Origin: an uncultured Rhodopirellula sp.
Lineage (GTDB): Bacteria; Planctomycetota; Planctomycetia; Pirellulales; Pirellulaceae
Direction of reading: 5' to 3'
NCBI GenBank assembly: GCA_964007735.1
Contig: CAXGAI010000009.1
Span: 1 to 64,000 of the forward strand
Length of the DNA stretch: 64,000 nt
Position 1 is the stretch's first letter; each line of letters opens with the position of its first letter. Made by a program: the position numbers and the translations under genes. The notes beneath the pieces were generated by a model. That model was given only the letters and a program-made list of their open reading frames with translations, was not told the origin of the DNA and did not search any database. Shown piece by piece: positions 47,361 to 57,987 of the stretch.

Positions 47361-49625
47361 TTAGACTAGGCCCCATTTCTTTCGCAACATCCAATCACCG
47401 GCAAGCAAGAGGCTGATCAGAATCATCAAAAACCAGGCACTGCCCGATGTGGATCCCCATTGCCAACTCAACTGAATCTCCACTTCTTGTTGACTAGCCT
47501 CATCAATAATTTTCTGAAGCGTGATATTGAGATCCTCTGGCATCACAACTTTGCCGCCCTGCTCTATTGTCATTTCGGCCAACCGATTCAACTGCCGGAA
47601 ATCCGCTCGTGAATTATTTCGCTCAGGCTGATTATCAATAATCTGAAAATTGACACGTGCCTGCCCTAGCAACTCTTTGCCCTGTTTGACACCTGCTATC
47701 AACTGATACTCACCTGGCATTTCCACTTCCGCGATTCTGCCTGCCCACGACCCTCCCTGTCGCGTGACTGGTATGCTCCGCTGATTGTCACCATGAACTA
47801 ACGAGATCGTCCACTCAAGTGAAGCAGGCACAGGCTTTTCACTACCTAAGACATCAACACCTGCTTCAAACACAATCTCACTTCCAGGCGAGAAACGTCG
47901 TTGATCGAGTTTTAACCAGACATCCTGTTGTTGCAGGTTCTCTCGGCGCGCCAGCCACAAAATGTTTTGTCGCCAAAATCTTCGTAACGCATCCCCGTAA
48001 CCACTGCGAGCCCACTGCCAAGTCGAGTCACCAGCGAATGCCACAACACGCCCCAGGCCATACTGCGTAGTCACCATCAGCGGTTCAGCCTTGTCAGACT
48101 CCAAGATTATCTGGCCGGAATCCTTCACTCCCTGAAACAGATTCGCTCCGCGCAAGGAGGGTAATTGCTGCCAAATCTGATCGGTATTTCCCAGCGTGGT
48201 CAGCGGGTGAGAGACAACAGGCTTCAAACCCACTTCTCGGTTAATATGAAAAACTTTTCGGATAGGTAAATCCGCTCCTACTTCCTGGCGTTCAAAAACC
48301 TCCATCTGAATCGGCAGGACAGACGCCAGTGGTGACTCCCGATAGGATCCGGGACCAAAACTGTAGTAACCGCCAAGCATCATCAATCCTTTACCATCCT
48401 CTACAGCTTTCGCGATTGTCTCTAAATTCTCTTTTCCAATCGCATCCGCGTGAACATCTTCCATCAATAAAACATCATACTGCTGATCTTTCAAAATATT
48501 AGTGCGGGGGTCAGGCCAGTTCTGTGAAGAAAAGTGTCGGATATAGTTCTCCGATAATTCAATATCCGGTGAAGATGCTAAACTCTTTCTCATCTCCAAC
48601 TGTTCACCTAAACGATTCCCATAGAGATATAAAACTCGTAGACCACCTTCCAAAACTGTCAAATAAGCAGCCTGGCGATTGTTTGACAGTAGGACTTCAC
48701 CTTCAGCAGAATCAGCCTCTACCTCTAACATATAAACCCCAGGTTGTGACGCCGTCAGCATAAACTGAATAGGCTGAATATCATCTGCTTCGGTGGCAAT
48801 CACCTCAAGAGTCTGTACCACCTCGGTTGCGCCTTCCTCCGTTGTCAGCTTTAAATTCACCTTTGTTGGTGACCCAAGCACACTTCGCAAGCGGGCAATG
48901 GCGTTAATTTGAACATCATTCCCGGAGAAGACCCGGAATTGTTGAGGTAACTGTTCAATAGCAATGTCTTTCGATTGCAGGACATCTCCTTCTCGCCCAA
49001 AAGGAACTCCAATCAAAGGTACACCTCGCCTCCGAAGTTCATCCATCGCCTGACGAATATCAACTTCACCTTGATAGGCTGTTTGACGTCCATCCCCCAT
49101 TAAAACAACAGCATGCACCTGTTCTCCAGGCTCACTGGTGACAGCTTCATAGATAGCAGCACCCAAATCCGTAAACTCTCCTGTCGGTTCTGCCTGTGTG
49201 ACGATACCACTTGTGGAATCCCAACGCTGCTCGGAAATGTGGTTTGCATAGCCGAACCATTTGGTTTCAACGTTCTGTTTACTACGGAGCAGGAAACGGG
49301 CCGTATCTTCCCAAACCCGTTTCTGATGCTCCCAGCGGCTAACATCATCCAGAGCCGATGGCTGGAGCATACTTTCGGTCTCATCGGTCAAAACAATAAC
49401 ATTGGCAGGCCGTGTTTGAGTTTCTGAAACGATTCTTCCGGGACGGAGCATCGAAGTCAATAGTACGAGGATGACGGAAATGCGAAGACCAAGCAAAGTT
49501 AAACGACGTTGTTTACTTAAACTGCGATAGGGTCGGACCAGCAAAACAACCAATAACAATATCAGAACTGTCAGCAGTACCGTTACCGGACTGCCAAAGA
49601 TTGGATTAAGGGACCAACTTTCCAT
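47361..49625 (-). CDS. Membrane protein with vWA and GATase1-like (DUF1355-type) domains
   Basis: N-terminal TM segments, DETESM, TDLG, GDG, GLMMLGGYYSFG, GRVVAFAGDSTWQW and a C-terminal TM ending LRKKWGLV. Confidence 0.78.
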   Translation of the reverse strand: MESWSLNPIFGSPVTVLLTVLILLLVVLLVRPYRSLSKQRRLTLLGLRISVILVLLTSMLRPGRIVSETQTRPANVIVLTDETESMLQPSALDDVSRWEHQKRVWEDTARFLLRSKQNVETKWFGYANHISEQRWDSTSGIVTQAEPTGEFTDLGAAIYEAVTSEPGEQVHAVVLMGDGRQTAYQGEVDIRQAMDELRRRGVPLIGVPFGREGDVLQSKDIAIEQLPQQFRVFSGNDVQINAIARLRSVLGSPTKVNLKLTTEEGATEVVQTLEVIATEADDIQPIQFMLTASQPGVYMLEVEADSAEGEVLLSNNRQAAYLTVLEGGLRVLYLYGNRLGEQLEMRKSLASSPDIELSENYIRHFSSQNWPDPRTNILKDQQYDVLLMEDVHADAIGKENLETIAKAVEDGKGLMMLGGYYSFGPGSYRESPLASVLPIQMEVFERQEVGADLPIRKVFHINREVGLKPVVSHPLTTLGNTDQIWQQLPSLRGANLFQGVKDSGQIILESDKAEPLMVTTQYGLGRVVAFAGDSTWQWARSGYGDALRRFWRQNILWLARRENLQQQDVWLKLDQRRFSPGSEIVFEAGVDVLGSEKPVPASLEWTISLVHGDNQRSIPVTRQGGSWAGRIAEVEMPGEYQLIAGVKQGKELLGQARVNFQIIDNQPERNNSRADFRQLNRLAEMTIEQGGKVVMPEDLNITLQKIIDEASQQEVEIQLSWQWGSTSGSAWFLMILISLLLAGDWMLRKKWGLV

Positions 49626-49628
49626 CGC

Positions 49629-52022
49629 TTACACTCCTTCCTCTGCTGACGCATCGGATGATTCCTTCGCATAAAAGCGACTCGTCATGAGATGTTCCAA
49701 CAGGATTAACATCGCAACAAAAAGAATTAGAAGTGAAAAGAACTCCTGGCCGACCCGACGCTGTCTCACGCTAAATGAAATTTCCTCCTGATTTCTCGCC
49801 AGCTGGTAATTGTCTGCTCCTAGTTTAGAATCCAGCTCTTGTTGGTTTAGCCTCTGGAGATCGCTGAATATTTCCAGTGTATTCACGGCGAAACCTCTAA
49901 GCATGGGACCATCCATCTGTCCCTTTAAGCGATACGCACCTGGCGATGCGATGAATGACACTTGAATTTTGTTTTCTACCGACTGCACTTCCTGTAGATC
50001 AGCAGTCGGAGTAAACAACTGGTATTTCTCTGGAAACATACCTTGATCATTTCGTAGAGCCACCACTTCACCAACCCGATAATTCAAACGAGATTCGCGA
50101 TTGGATACCAGCGTATCTGCAATTGCATTGATCAGGATAAAGTAGGGCCAGTTGTCGATCCCGCTTGCCAACTGATTCCAAACCGTGCGATTTTCCAGGT
50201 TCAACGGCTCAGAAATCGGGGTCAGCATGGTGAGTACAGTCCCCAAGCCAAATGTATTTTCAATAAGAGCGGGGTGAGTCATTTCTCGGCTAAACCTCAT
50301 AACGGGTCGAGCGGTTTCCTGCAACTTTCCGATTTGCCAATACCTTACCACGGGAAACTGAGCCCAAGGGACCGAGCCCTGAAGAGCTACAAGGTCACGA
50401 AGTATCCGATGCTCCAGAGCTTGTGATTCGAGAAAATTTCGTTCGTCACTTCGCCAAAGCCGCAGGATCTTGCCACCGAGCAATTCCGCCACACCTTCTG
50501 TCTGAGATAGATTCTCCACTGTTGAGTTCGGCCCAAGAAAGACTCCTAAGGACCCACCTCGTTCTACATAATTAGCTAAATGTTGCCACGCCTCGATGGA
50601 AAGCGGAGGAGGATCAATCAACACAACGCTGGCGAACTGCTGGAGGGGCCGTTCACTGATATTACCTTCACGCATAATCGAGAAAGAATATTTTGCCCGG
50701 CCGGTTTGCCTGTCCGATTCCGGAGCAATTGCCTGTGTAAAAAAACGAGTCGGAACTCCGTCGGCCGTAATAATCAATATCTCCGCTGCCGATTCAACCA
50801 TCACTGTAAAATGACGAACATCATCAATCCCTAATCCATCACCACCAAGTAATCTAATCTGACCGTGATGCACTCCTGAAGGTAGTCCACTCAGTGAAAA
50901 AAACAACTTCTGTCGAGATTTTACTGCCGAAGCGTTAAACGATACTTCCTGCTGTGCTAATACACGAACATCCGGTGTCTCTAATTGGCCATCGGTGATC
51001 ACGGGTAGTGTTAAGTCAAATTCCTCGATAACGAGCTGGATCGTACGAGTGGTTTCTAAACCAACGTGAGAGACATCAATATTTACTTCCGTACCCCCCT
51101 GTCCAACCAAGATTTCGTCCCGAAGTTCCGGAGTACCCAACGCGACATTAGCTGGCTTCTCAACCCCAACATCAATCAGGAACAATTCAACCTGCTGTTT
51201 TTCCATTTCATCGCGCAAGCTTTTTCCAATTGAGTCCCACGCTGACTCGGCCAAATCGGTAAACAAATAAAGCTCTTTCCTAGGTAATTTTGAGGTGGCC
51301 AGCAGATCCATGGCAGATTGTAAGCTGTACTGTAGAGAAACCGGAGAATGTTCTGTCTGTAATTGTTGAATGGCATTCATCGTCGAATTGAGATCTACAT
51401 TAAAGACAACACTCCGGGCATTGCGGTCAAGAACAGCAATCTCGCTCGATTCAGGCAATTGGCTGACTAACCAATCCGCCATCTCCCCAGCTTCCGCTAG
51501 CCTGGTCTTACCCTGCCGTTGATAAGACATTCTGGGGGAATTATCAAAAACCAAAGCAGCGCTGACAGAAGCATCCGCATCACCAATCAATACGGTTTGT
51601 TCATCAGTGGTTACTTTAATTAATAGGTATGCATCCGCCAGCAATCCCAGACCGCATGCAACGAGCAAAGGAATGACAATCGTCTTCGTGACCCGGGAGA
51701 TCATCGCAGCAACACTGACCACAGTTATCAGGATCACCGCAACAGAAACAATCCCAATGACAATCCAGTTACCAGCAACTGTCTGATCGGCTGAGGGTCC
51801 TGTAAACGCAAGTGCCAAAACAGCAAGTAGTAGACAACGAAGAAACAATAACAACCATTGCTTCATTCTCAGTGTACGTTTGTTGGCAACCTGATTTTGT
51901 CTAACAAACCGTAAGGCCGGAAACAACAGGGGCACAGGCTTACGACGCATCGCCAAATGGATGATCAATGGCAATGCGACAAGCAACCCGCCAAACAAAA
52001 GCGATGAATTTAAAAATGCCAC
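49629..52022 (-). CDS. BatA-domain vWA membrane protein
   Basis: MAFLN...PLIIHL...FPALRF...LLLFLR BatA N-terminus, DNSPRM vWA and a C-terminal TM. Confidence 0.82.
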   Translation of the reverse strand: MAFLNSSLLFGGLLVALPLIIHLAMRRKPVPLLFPALRFVRQNQVANKRTLRMKQWLLLFLRCLLLAVLALAFTGPSADQTVAGNWIVIGIVSVAVILITVVSVAAMISRVTKTIVIPLLVACGLGLLADAYLLIKVTTDEQTVLIGDADASVSAALVFDNSPRMSYQRQGKTRLAEAGEMADWLVSQLPESSEIAVLDRNARSVVFNVDLNSTMNAIQQLQTEHSPVSLQYSLQSAMDLLATSKLPRKELYLFTDLAESAWDSIGKSLRDEMEKQQVELFLIDVGVEKPANVALGTPELRDEILVGQGGTEVNIDVSHVGLETTRTIQLVIEEFDLTLPVITDGQLETPDVRVLAQQEVSFNASAVKSRQKLFFSLSGLPSGVHHGQIRLLGGDGLGIDDVRHFTVMVESAAEILIITADGVPTRFFTQAIAPESDRQTGRAKYSFSIMREGNISERPLQQFASVVLIDPPPLSIEAWQHLANYVERGGSLGVFLGPNSTVENLSQTEGVAELLGGKILRLWRSDERNFLESQALEHRILRDLVALQGSVPWAQFPVVRYWQIGKLQETARPVMRFSREMTHPALIENTFGLGTVLTMLTPISEPLNLENRTVWNQLASGIDNWPYFILINAIADTLVSNRESRLNYRVGEVVALRNDQGMFPEKYQLFTPTADLQEVQSVENKIQVSFIASPGAYRLKGQMDGPMLRGFAVNTLEIFSDLQRLNQQELDSKLGADNYQLARNQEEISFSVRQRRVGQEFFSLLILFVAMLILLEHLMTSRFYAKESSDASAEEGV

Positions 52023-52044
52023 AGAATCTACACTCCCGCCAAAC

Positions 52045-52941
52045 TTAACAACGGCTACGCCGACTCATCAAGTACTCCATCAAGGCACGATCAAATTGCA
52101 TGCTTGTATCTAACGGAACGTAATCAACTCCCAGATTGCGACACTCGGCAGCGTACTCTTCACGAAAACTGATGATCTCCTGAGTGTAATCCTGACGGTA
52201 GCTCTCTGCTTCCACGACCAACGTCTCTTCTGATTCCGGATCATGCAATTGAACCATACCATCAAACGGAAAAGTCACTTCAGCTTCATCTAAGACGTGA
52301 AATAAAATGACATCATGTCCTCCATGGCGAAGCCTTCGAAGAGACTGAAAAACGGGGGTGGTGTCGGTGAGAAAATCAGAGAATACCATGACCAAACTAC
52401 GTTGCTTTAACATGGCCGCTAATTGTCCGAGGCTCATTGCTATATCCGTTTGACCCGCTGGTTTAAGTTGAGATAAATGCGAGAGGATATTGGTGAGTTG
52501 TGATCTTCTGGATTTAGGAGGTAAGCAGTGCCTGATTCTTTCATCAAACGTGACGAGGCCCACCGGATCCTGTTGATGAATCATGAGGTAACATAATGAG
52601 GCCGCCAAACAGATCGAGTAATCAAATTTAGTCAGCTCCTGACGATAGGTGAAACTCATAGACTTACTTAAATCCATCGCCACATAGCCGGTTATATTCG
52701 TTTCAGCCTCAAACTTCTTTACATAATATTTGTCGGTTTTTGCATATACCAGCCAATCAATATTTGCAGGATCATCGCCGTACGAATACCGTCGATGCTC
52801 TGAAAACTCCACGGAAAATCCCTGGAAGGGGGAAGCATGCAGACCTTGCAAAAATCCTTTCACCACGAACTGTGCGCGCAAATCAAGTCGCTTGATCTGA
52901 GTAATTACTTCGGGTTTCAGATAAGATTCTACTGCGGTCAT
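52045..52941 (-). CDS. DUF58 vWA-like protein
   Basis: GLHASP..GFSVEFSEHRRY..GDD...IDW, DLSKSM and FSDF motifs. Confidence 0.9.
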   Translation of the reverse strand: MTAVESYLKPEVITQIKRLDLRAQFVVKGFLQGLHASPFQGFSVEFSEHRRYSYGDDPANIDWLVYAKTDKYYVKKFEAETNITGYVAMDLSKSMSFTYRQELTKFDYSICLAASLCYLMIHQQDPVGLVTFDERIRHCLPPKSRRSQLTNILSHLSQLKPAGQTDIAMSLGQLAAMLKQRSLVMVFSDFLTDTTPVFQSLRRLRHGGHDVILFHVLDEAEVTFPFDGMVQLHDPESEETLVVEAESYRQDYTQEIISFREEYAAECRNLGVDYVPLDTSMQFDRALMEYLMSRRSRC

Positions 52942-52953
52942 TGGTTTTTAATA

Positions 52954-53970
52954 TTACTCATATTTCTCCGCATTCGGAGGCTGTATTTCATTAAGCAATT
53001 TCAACACGATGGCCTCCGTGTCCATCCCTTCAGCTTGAGCCTGGAAGTTTGCACTTACACGATGACGTAATACCGGCACAGCAATCCGCTGAATATCTGA
53101 AACAGCCACGCTAAATCTGCCGGACATCGCTGCAATGGCCTTACCTCCCTGAATCAGGAATTGCCCAGCACGAGGGCCTGCTCCCCAATCGACTAATTCG
53201 CGGATAAATTCGGGGGATTCGGTATCGTCTGGGCGAGTCGCTCTAACAAGTCGTGCGGCGTATTTCACTATCTGTTCACTGACTGCGATACTATTAACCA
53301 GCTTTTGCAAATTAATAATTGCTTTAGCCGACAAAATCTTTTTTACTTCCGGAGTTTCATTGCGGGTGGTCGCGGCAAGAATTTGCTCTTCTTCTGTTGC
53401 TGATGGGTAGCCAACCTTGATGTTAAACATAAAGCGGTCTAACTGAGCTTCAGGCAATGGGTAGGTCCCTTCCTGCTCAATCGGATTTTGGGTGGCAATC
53501 GTAAAAAACGGTTGAGGCAAGTCATAAGTTTTTCCGGAGATTGTTACTTCACGCTCCTGCATTGCCTGGAGTAAAGCGGCCTGTGTTTTCGGCGGTGTTC
53601 GGTTGATTTCATCTGCCAACAGGATGTTGGTGAAAATAGGTCCCTTCACAAAACGAAAAGTTCGCTTACCCTGGTCATCCTCATCCAGCACATTCGTCCC
53701 GGTAATGTCACTGGGCATCAGGTCCGGAGTAAACTGGATTCGGTTAAATGACACGTCAAGAATTCTAGCAAGCGTGCTAACCATCAATGTCTTGGCAAGC
53801 CCAGGAACACCTTCAAGCAAACAATGGCCACGTGTAAAAATGGCCGCGAATAATTGCTCAATAACGTCGTGTTGGCCAATGATGATTTTTTGCAATTCCT
53901 GCTGCATCACTTGGCGATGATGTGCGAACTCCTGCAAAATGTCCCCTAAGCTCTTTTGACTGTTCGACAC
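52954..53970 (-). CDS. moxR: MoxR family AAA+ ATPase
   Basis: GVPGLAKT, RIQFTPDLMPSD, DEINR and TQNPIEQEGTYPLPEAQLDRF motifs. Confidence 0.94.
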   Translation of the reverse strand: MSNSQKSLGDILQEFAHHRQVMQQELQKIIIGQHDVIEQLFAAIFTRGHCLLEGVPGLAKTLMVSTLARILDVSFNRIQFTPDLMPSDITGTNVLDEDDQGKRTFRFVKGPIFTNILLADEINRTPPKTQAALLQAMQEREVTISGKTYDLPQPFFTIATQNPIEQEGTYPLPEAQLDRFMFNIKVGYPSATEEEQILAATTRNETPEVKKILSAKAIINLQKLVNSIAVSEQIVKYAARLVRATRPDDTESPEFIRELVDWGAGPRAGQFLIQGGKAIAAMSGRFSVAVSDIQRIAVPVLRHRVSANFQAQAEGMDTEAIVLKLLNEIQPPNAEKYE

Positions 53971-54218
53971 GGTCTCTATGTTCCTGTAATGAAAGTATTC
54001 TCCAGCAGCGTATCATTGAATAAGTCTCGCCTTATGTCCATAACAATTCGCCTTTCCGGGGGCTGTGACCAGTCATATTTACATTTTCACGTTGCCTTGT
54101 TTATCGTTCATCCCTAAATTAATATTCGAATCGCTATAAATAGCTGCTAAGTACATAAAATAACTTTGTCAATTAACTTCGTTAACACTGCTGATAACCT
54201 CCACTTTTCGGGACACCC

Positions 54219-56549
54219 ATGTTTCGTCATACCTCGATCCCATCTGTTTTCACCATCGCACTGACAACACTGATTACACTATGCGCTTTGACGAAAACTA
54301 CACAGGCAGACATTACAGCACAACAAGTTAATAGCGCCATTGAAAAAGGAGTTAAGTTCCTACGTGCACAACAAAAAGAGGATGGGTCCTATCCTGACTT
54401 TACTGCTCCAAATGGGGCGGTTCTGTTTCCGAATGGTGTGACTAGTCTTACCACATTGGCGCTTCTTAATTGCGGCTATGATGGTCAGGATCAGACCATT
54501 TCCAAAGCACTCAAATACATCCGTTCGGCACCCGCCTCCGGGACAACTTATGTAGTCTCACTACAACTGATGGTCTTTTGTCAGGCCGAACCACAGAAAG
54601 ACAAGCTACACATAAAGAGGTTGGCCGAGTGGTTGGTAGGCACGCAAACAGAGTCGGGTGGCTGGGGGTATCTAGAACAAAGTGTTTCCTCTGATCCGTC
54701 TAACAGTCAATTCGCTCTACTAGCGCTTTATGAAGCCGAACGACAAGGTATTCTCATACCGAATTCGACGTGGACCAAAGCCGAGCAGTACTGGACTTCC
54801 CGACAGGCAGCCAATGGAGGATGGAATTATGATTCTAAATTTGGTGCCAAGCCATCCATTAGTATGACCTGCGCCGGTGTTGCCTCTCTCGTCGTCACTC
54901 GCGGAAAAGCTGGTAAAGAAAAGAATAGAATTACTAATGGACAGGTCAATTGTTGTGGTGATTTTCCCGAACGCGATGCTGTCGACCGCGGGATGATCTG
55001 GTTGGGTCGCAATATCAAAGTCGGAGCCAACGCATCCAGTTCAGCCTACTACTACCAAATGTATTGTATTGAACGAGTGGGGCGGCTGACCGGGACACGG
55101 TTCATCGGTGCCACGGACTGGTATCGTATGGGATGTGAGCACATCGTCGGGTTGCAAGATCAGTTACGTGGTAACTGGCGTGGAAGTCTTTCGCATGGTG
55201 AAAGCAACCCTATGATTGCCTCTTCCTTCGCACTATTATTCCTTGCCAAAGGACGTCGCCCTATCGCAATTTCTAAACTGGCTTATGGTGAAAAACAACA
55301 ATGGAACCAACATCCACAGGACCTCCAAAACCTTGTAATGCAGACCGAGAAACGCTGGGATATGTATCTAACCTGGCAGACTCTGGAACTGGAAATCTCA
55401 AATCTTTCTGACCTGATGGAATCACCGGTACTGTTTCTCAGTGGCAAGGGCCCCTTATCCTGGACGCCAAAACATCGAGACTTAATTAAAGAGTACGTCA
55501 ATCAAGGCGGGTTCCTATTCGTTGAAAATGCTTGCGGAGATGTACAATTTGATCAGGAATTCCGTCAAGCCATGGATGAGTTGTTCCCCGACAATCAACT
55601 GGATCCGTTGCCACCTGACCACGCAATATGGTTTGCCGATCAAAATATATCTCCTGAGTTTATTGGGAAACTTCACGGAATTCAGTCCTGCTGTCGTACG
55701 AGTATTGTCTACGCAACCATTGATCTAGGTTGCTATTGGGAACTTCATAACCCTCGCCCCGATTCGGGGATTCCCGACAGCATCCAGCAAGACATTCAGG
55801 ACCGTCTGGCAATTGGAACTAATGTATTGACGTATGCTACCAATCGTCAACTCAAAGAGAAACTGGAACGCCCGCAGGTGGCATTTAATGGAACCGACAC
55901 CACCTCTGTGTTACGTAAAACACTTCAGATTCCAAAAATCAGTCATCCAGGCGGGAGTAATGACGCACCTAATGCTCTTAATAACTTGTTGGCTAGCCTG
56001 CAAAAAGAAGCCGGGATTCGAGTCTCGGTGGGAACGCAGGTTATTTCCCTGACGGATTCGCTGGAACGTTATCCAATTTTATTTTTTCATGGCCGACGGA
56101 CTTTCCAATGGTCTGCTGCCGAACGTCAGGCACTTAAAATTTTTGTGCAAAATGGTGGATTTATCTTTGGGGACTCGATTTGCGCTAGTCCGCAATTCAC
56201 TGAATCTTTCCGCCGGGAAATGAGAATGATCTTCCCGGAACAAATTCTGCGTCGTCTGCCGGCTGATCACGCAATGTTTACCAATGACTTTGGTGGCTTC
56301 GATGTCGGTAAAATGACACTCCGCTCTCCCGCAACACAAATAGATGGACAACGTATTCAAGCCCGTGAGTCTTCGGTGACTCCTCATGTCGAAGGGCTTC
56401 TGCTGGATGGACGTCTGGCAGTGGCGTTTTCCCCCTTTGATCTGAGTTGCGCGTTGGAAAACCAAAACTCGCTGGAATGCAAAGGCTACCTTCAGAAAGA
56501 TGCCGCCAAACTTGGTACTAACATTGTGATCTACGCTTTGCAACAGTGA
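54219..56549 (+). CDS. Exported prenyltransferase/squalene-cyclase-like barrel plus two DUF4159 domains
   Basis: Signal peptide, QxxxG[GS]W repeats and two DUF4159-like blocks (PVLFLSG...GGFLF; PILFFHG...GGFIF). Confidence 0.78.
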   Translation: MFRHTSIPSVFTIALTTLITLCALTKTTQADITAQQVNSAIEKGVKFLRAQQKEDGSYPDFTAPNGAVLFPNGVTSLTTLALLNCGYDGQDQTISKALKYIRSAPASGTTYVVSLQLMVFCQAEPQKDKLHIKRLAEWLVGTQTESGGWGYLEQSVSSDPSNSQFALLALYEAERQGILIPNSTWTKAEQYWTSRQAANGGWNYDSKFGAKPSISMTCAGVASLVVTRGKAGKEKNRITNGQVNCCGDFPERDAVDRGMIWLGRNIKVGANASSSAYYYQMYCIERVGRLTGTRFIGATDWYRMGCEHIVGLQDQLRGNWRGSLSHGESNPMIASSFALLFLAKGRRPIAISKLAYGEKQQWNQHPQDLQNLVMQTEKRWDMYLTWQTLELEISNLSDLMESPVLFLSGKGPLSWTPKHRDLIKEYVNQGGFLFVENACGDVQFDQEFRQAMDELFPDNQLDPLPPDHAIWFADQNISPEFIGKLHGIQSCCRTSIVYATIDLGCYWELHNPRPDSGIPDSIQQDIQDRLAIGTNVLTYATNRQLKEKLERPQVAFNGTDTTSVLRKTLQIPKISHPGGSNDAPNALNNLLASLQKEAGIRVSVGTQVISLTDSLERYPILFFHGRRTFQWSAAERQALKIFVQNGGFIFGDSICASPQFTESFRREMRMIFPEQILRRLPADHAMFTNDFGGFDVGKMTLRSPATQIDGQRIQARESSVTPHVEGLLLDGRLAVAFSPFDLSCALENQNSLECKGYLQKDAAKLGTNIVIYALQQ

Positions 56550-56556
56550 TAAACCT

Positions 56557-57840
56557 ATGAGCACTAAATCGAAGAATAAATTGCTCTGGTTACTGCTAGC
56601 GGTATGTGTTTTTCGTACGACGATTTTATTGATCTTGGGAGATCAGTTCTCAGCAAATTTGGAGCACGATGTAGACCGCTATCTACATCTTGGTAAAACT
56701 CTCGCAGATTCTTCATCCTACCGACTGCACAATGAGCCCACTGCTTTTCGACCAATCCTTTACCCGTTGCTCATTGCCGCAGGCCTCAAGATAGGACTGG
56801 CGGCTAAAATCTGGGTGATGATCTTACATGTTGTGTTAGCCGTGGGAACGGTTTGGCTAACTTTCTGCTTAGGTAGACATATTAAAGATGAGAAGACCGG
56901 TTGGTTCGCCGGCATCTTAGTGATGATTGATCCAATTCTGTTACATCAATCAACCTGGATCATGACTGAAACACTGGCAACATTTTTGGCGGTGCTCACG
57001 ATGCTCCGAGTGGCCAAACTGCTGGAAAACCCCGGAGTACTAAACACTCTATTAGCGGCACTAAGCTTTTCACTAGCGGGATACTGTCGACCAACATTCT
57101 ACGCGTATGCCCTGCTGACCCTAATCCTATTACTGCTGATTTTACAGACAAGTTTGCTAAAAAGATTGATAACGAGTTTTGCGATTGGCAGTTTAATACT
57201 ACTGACGCTGCTACCTTGGATTCATCGAAACTATGAATTGTTTGATAAGCCGATCCTTGCCACTACTCATGGAGGATACACGCTTCTACTGGGTAATAAT
57301 CCACTGTACTACCAACAACTAAATCAGGATGTATCCATATATTCTGCCGAAGAATTCGATGAAGGCGTACGGCGTTTTAATATTTCTGAAAATCCCGGAT
57401 ATGACTTTTGGTCAGCCGAAGCCTCTCTAAAACAACCCATTGTTAATCGAAACGAAGCCGAACGTGACAGCTTTACCTATGCCGTGGCCTTTCACCATAT
57501 TAAAGAGAGGCCCGTAGATTTCGCGCTTAGCTGCCTCACTCGCGTGAAGGCATTTTGGACTCCTCTTCCCGCAGCAATGCCTGAGAGAAGTGACACGGAA
57601 CGATACGTTATTGGTATTTGGTACGCTCTTATCTACCTGTTTGTACTTAATTTCACGCTATTTCACTTTCGGCAATGGTTTCATTCAGGTCTGTTTGCCG
57701 GTTTTTGCATCGCTCTTTCTTTTACTCTGATTCATGCTGTTTTCTGGTCCAACATGCGAATGCGAGCACCGATTGTCCCGTTACTTTGTTTGGTCGCTGC
57801 CGTCTCGTTTCTAAGTCCCAAATCCGAGTCGGACACATAA
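56557..57840 (+). CDS. ArnT/PMT (GT-C, GT39/GT83-like) glycosyltransferase
   Basis: D..Y loop, TAFRPILYP, IMTETL, RP, PWIHRN and RMRAP motifs; polytopic. Confidence 0.8.
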   Translation: MSTKSKNKLLWLLLAVCVFRTTILLILGDQFSANLEHDVDRYLHLGKTLADSSSYRLHNEPTAFRPILYPLLIAAGLKIGLAAKIWVMILHVVLAVGTVWLTFCLGRHIKDEKTGWFAGILVMIDPILLHQSTWIMTETLATFLAVLTMLRVAKLLENPGVLNTLLAALSFSLAGYCRPTFYAYALLTLILLLLILQTSLLKRLITSFAIGSLILLTLLPWIHRNYELFDKPILATTHGGYTLLLGNNPLYYQQLNQDVSIYSAEEFDEGVRRFNISENPGYDFWSAEASLKQPIVNRNEAERDSFTYAVAFHHIKERPVDFALSCLTRVKAFWTPLPAAMPERSDTERYVIGIWYALIYLFVLNFTLFHFRQWFHSGLFAGFCIALSFTLIHAVFWSNMRMRAPIVPLLCLVAAVSFLSPKSESDT

Positions 57841-57850
57841 CTGATTCGCA

Positions 57851-57894
57851 TTGTTACAGACTGCGGAAATCCCTATAATTCTCGGAATTATAGG
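57851..57894 (+). promoter_or_regulatory. Sigma70-type promoter of lptD overlapped by a perfect 10-bp inverted repeat
   Basis: TTGTTA-17 bp-TATAAT (57851-57879), and CCTATAATTC-TCG-GAATTATAGG (57872-57894). Confidence 0.6.
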
Positions 57895-57987
57895 TATCTC
57901 GGTGTCGTCAACAAGGATTGTTGGTGGACGCTATCAACATGCCTTGAATATTCCCTTGATCCGTGGCAAGGATGCCGATCTAAAATC

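Noticed and set aside
54219..55260. Calling the barrel domain a squalene-hopene cyclase
   Set aside because: It is a single barrel with a signal peptide and no DxDD motif; only the QW-like repeats are shared.
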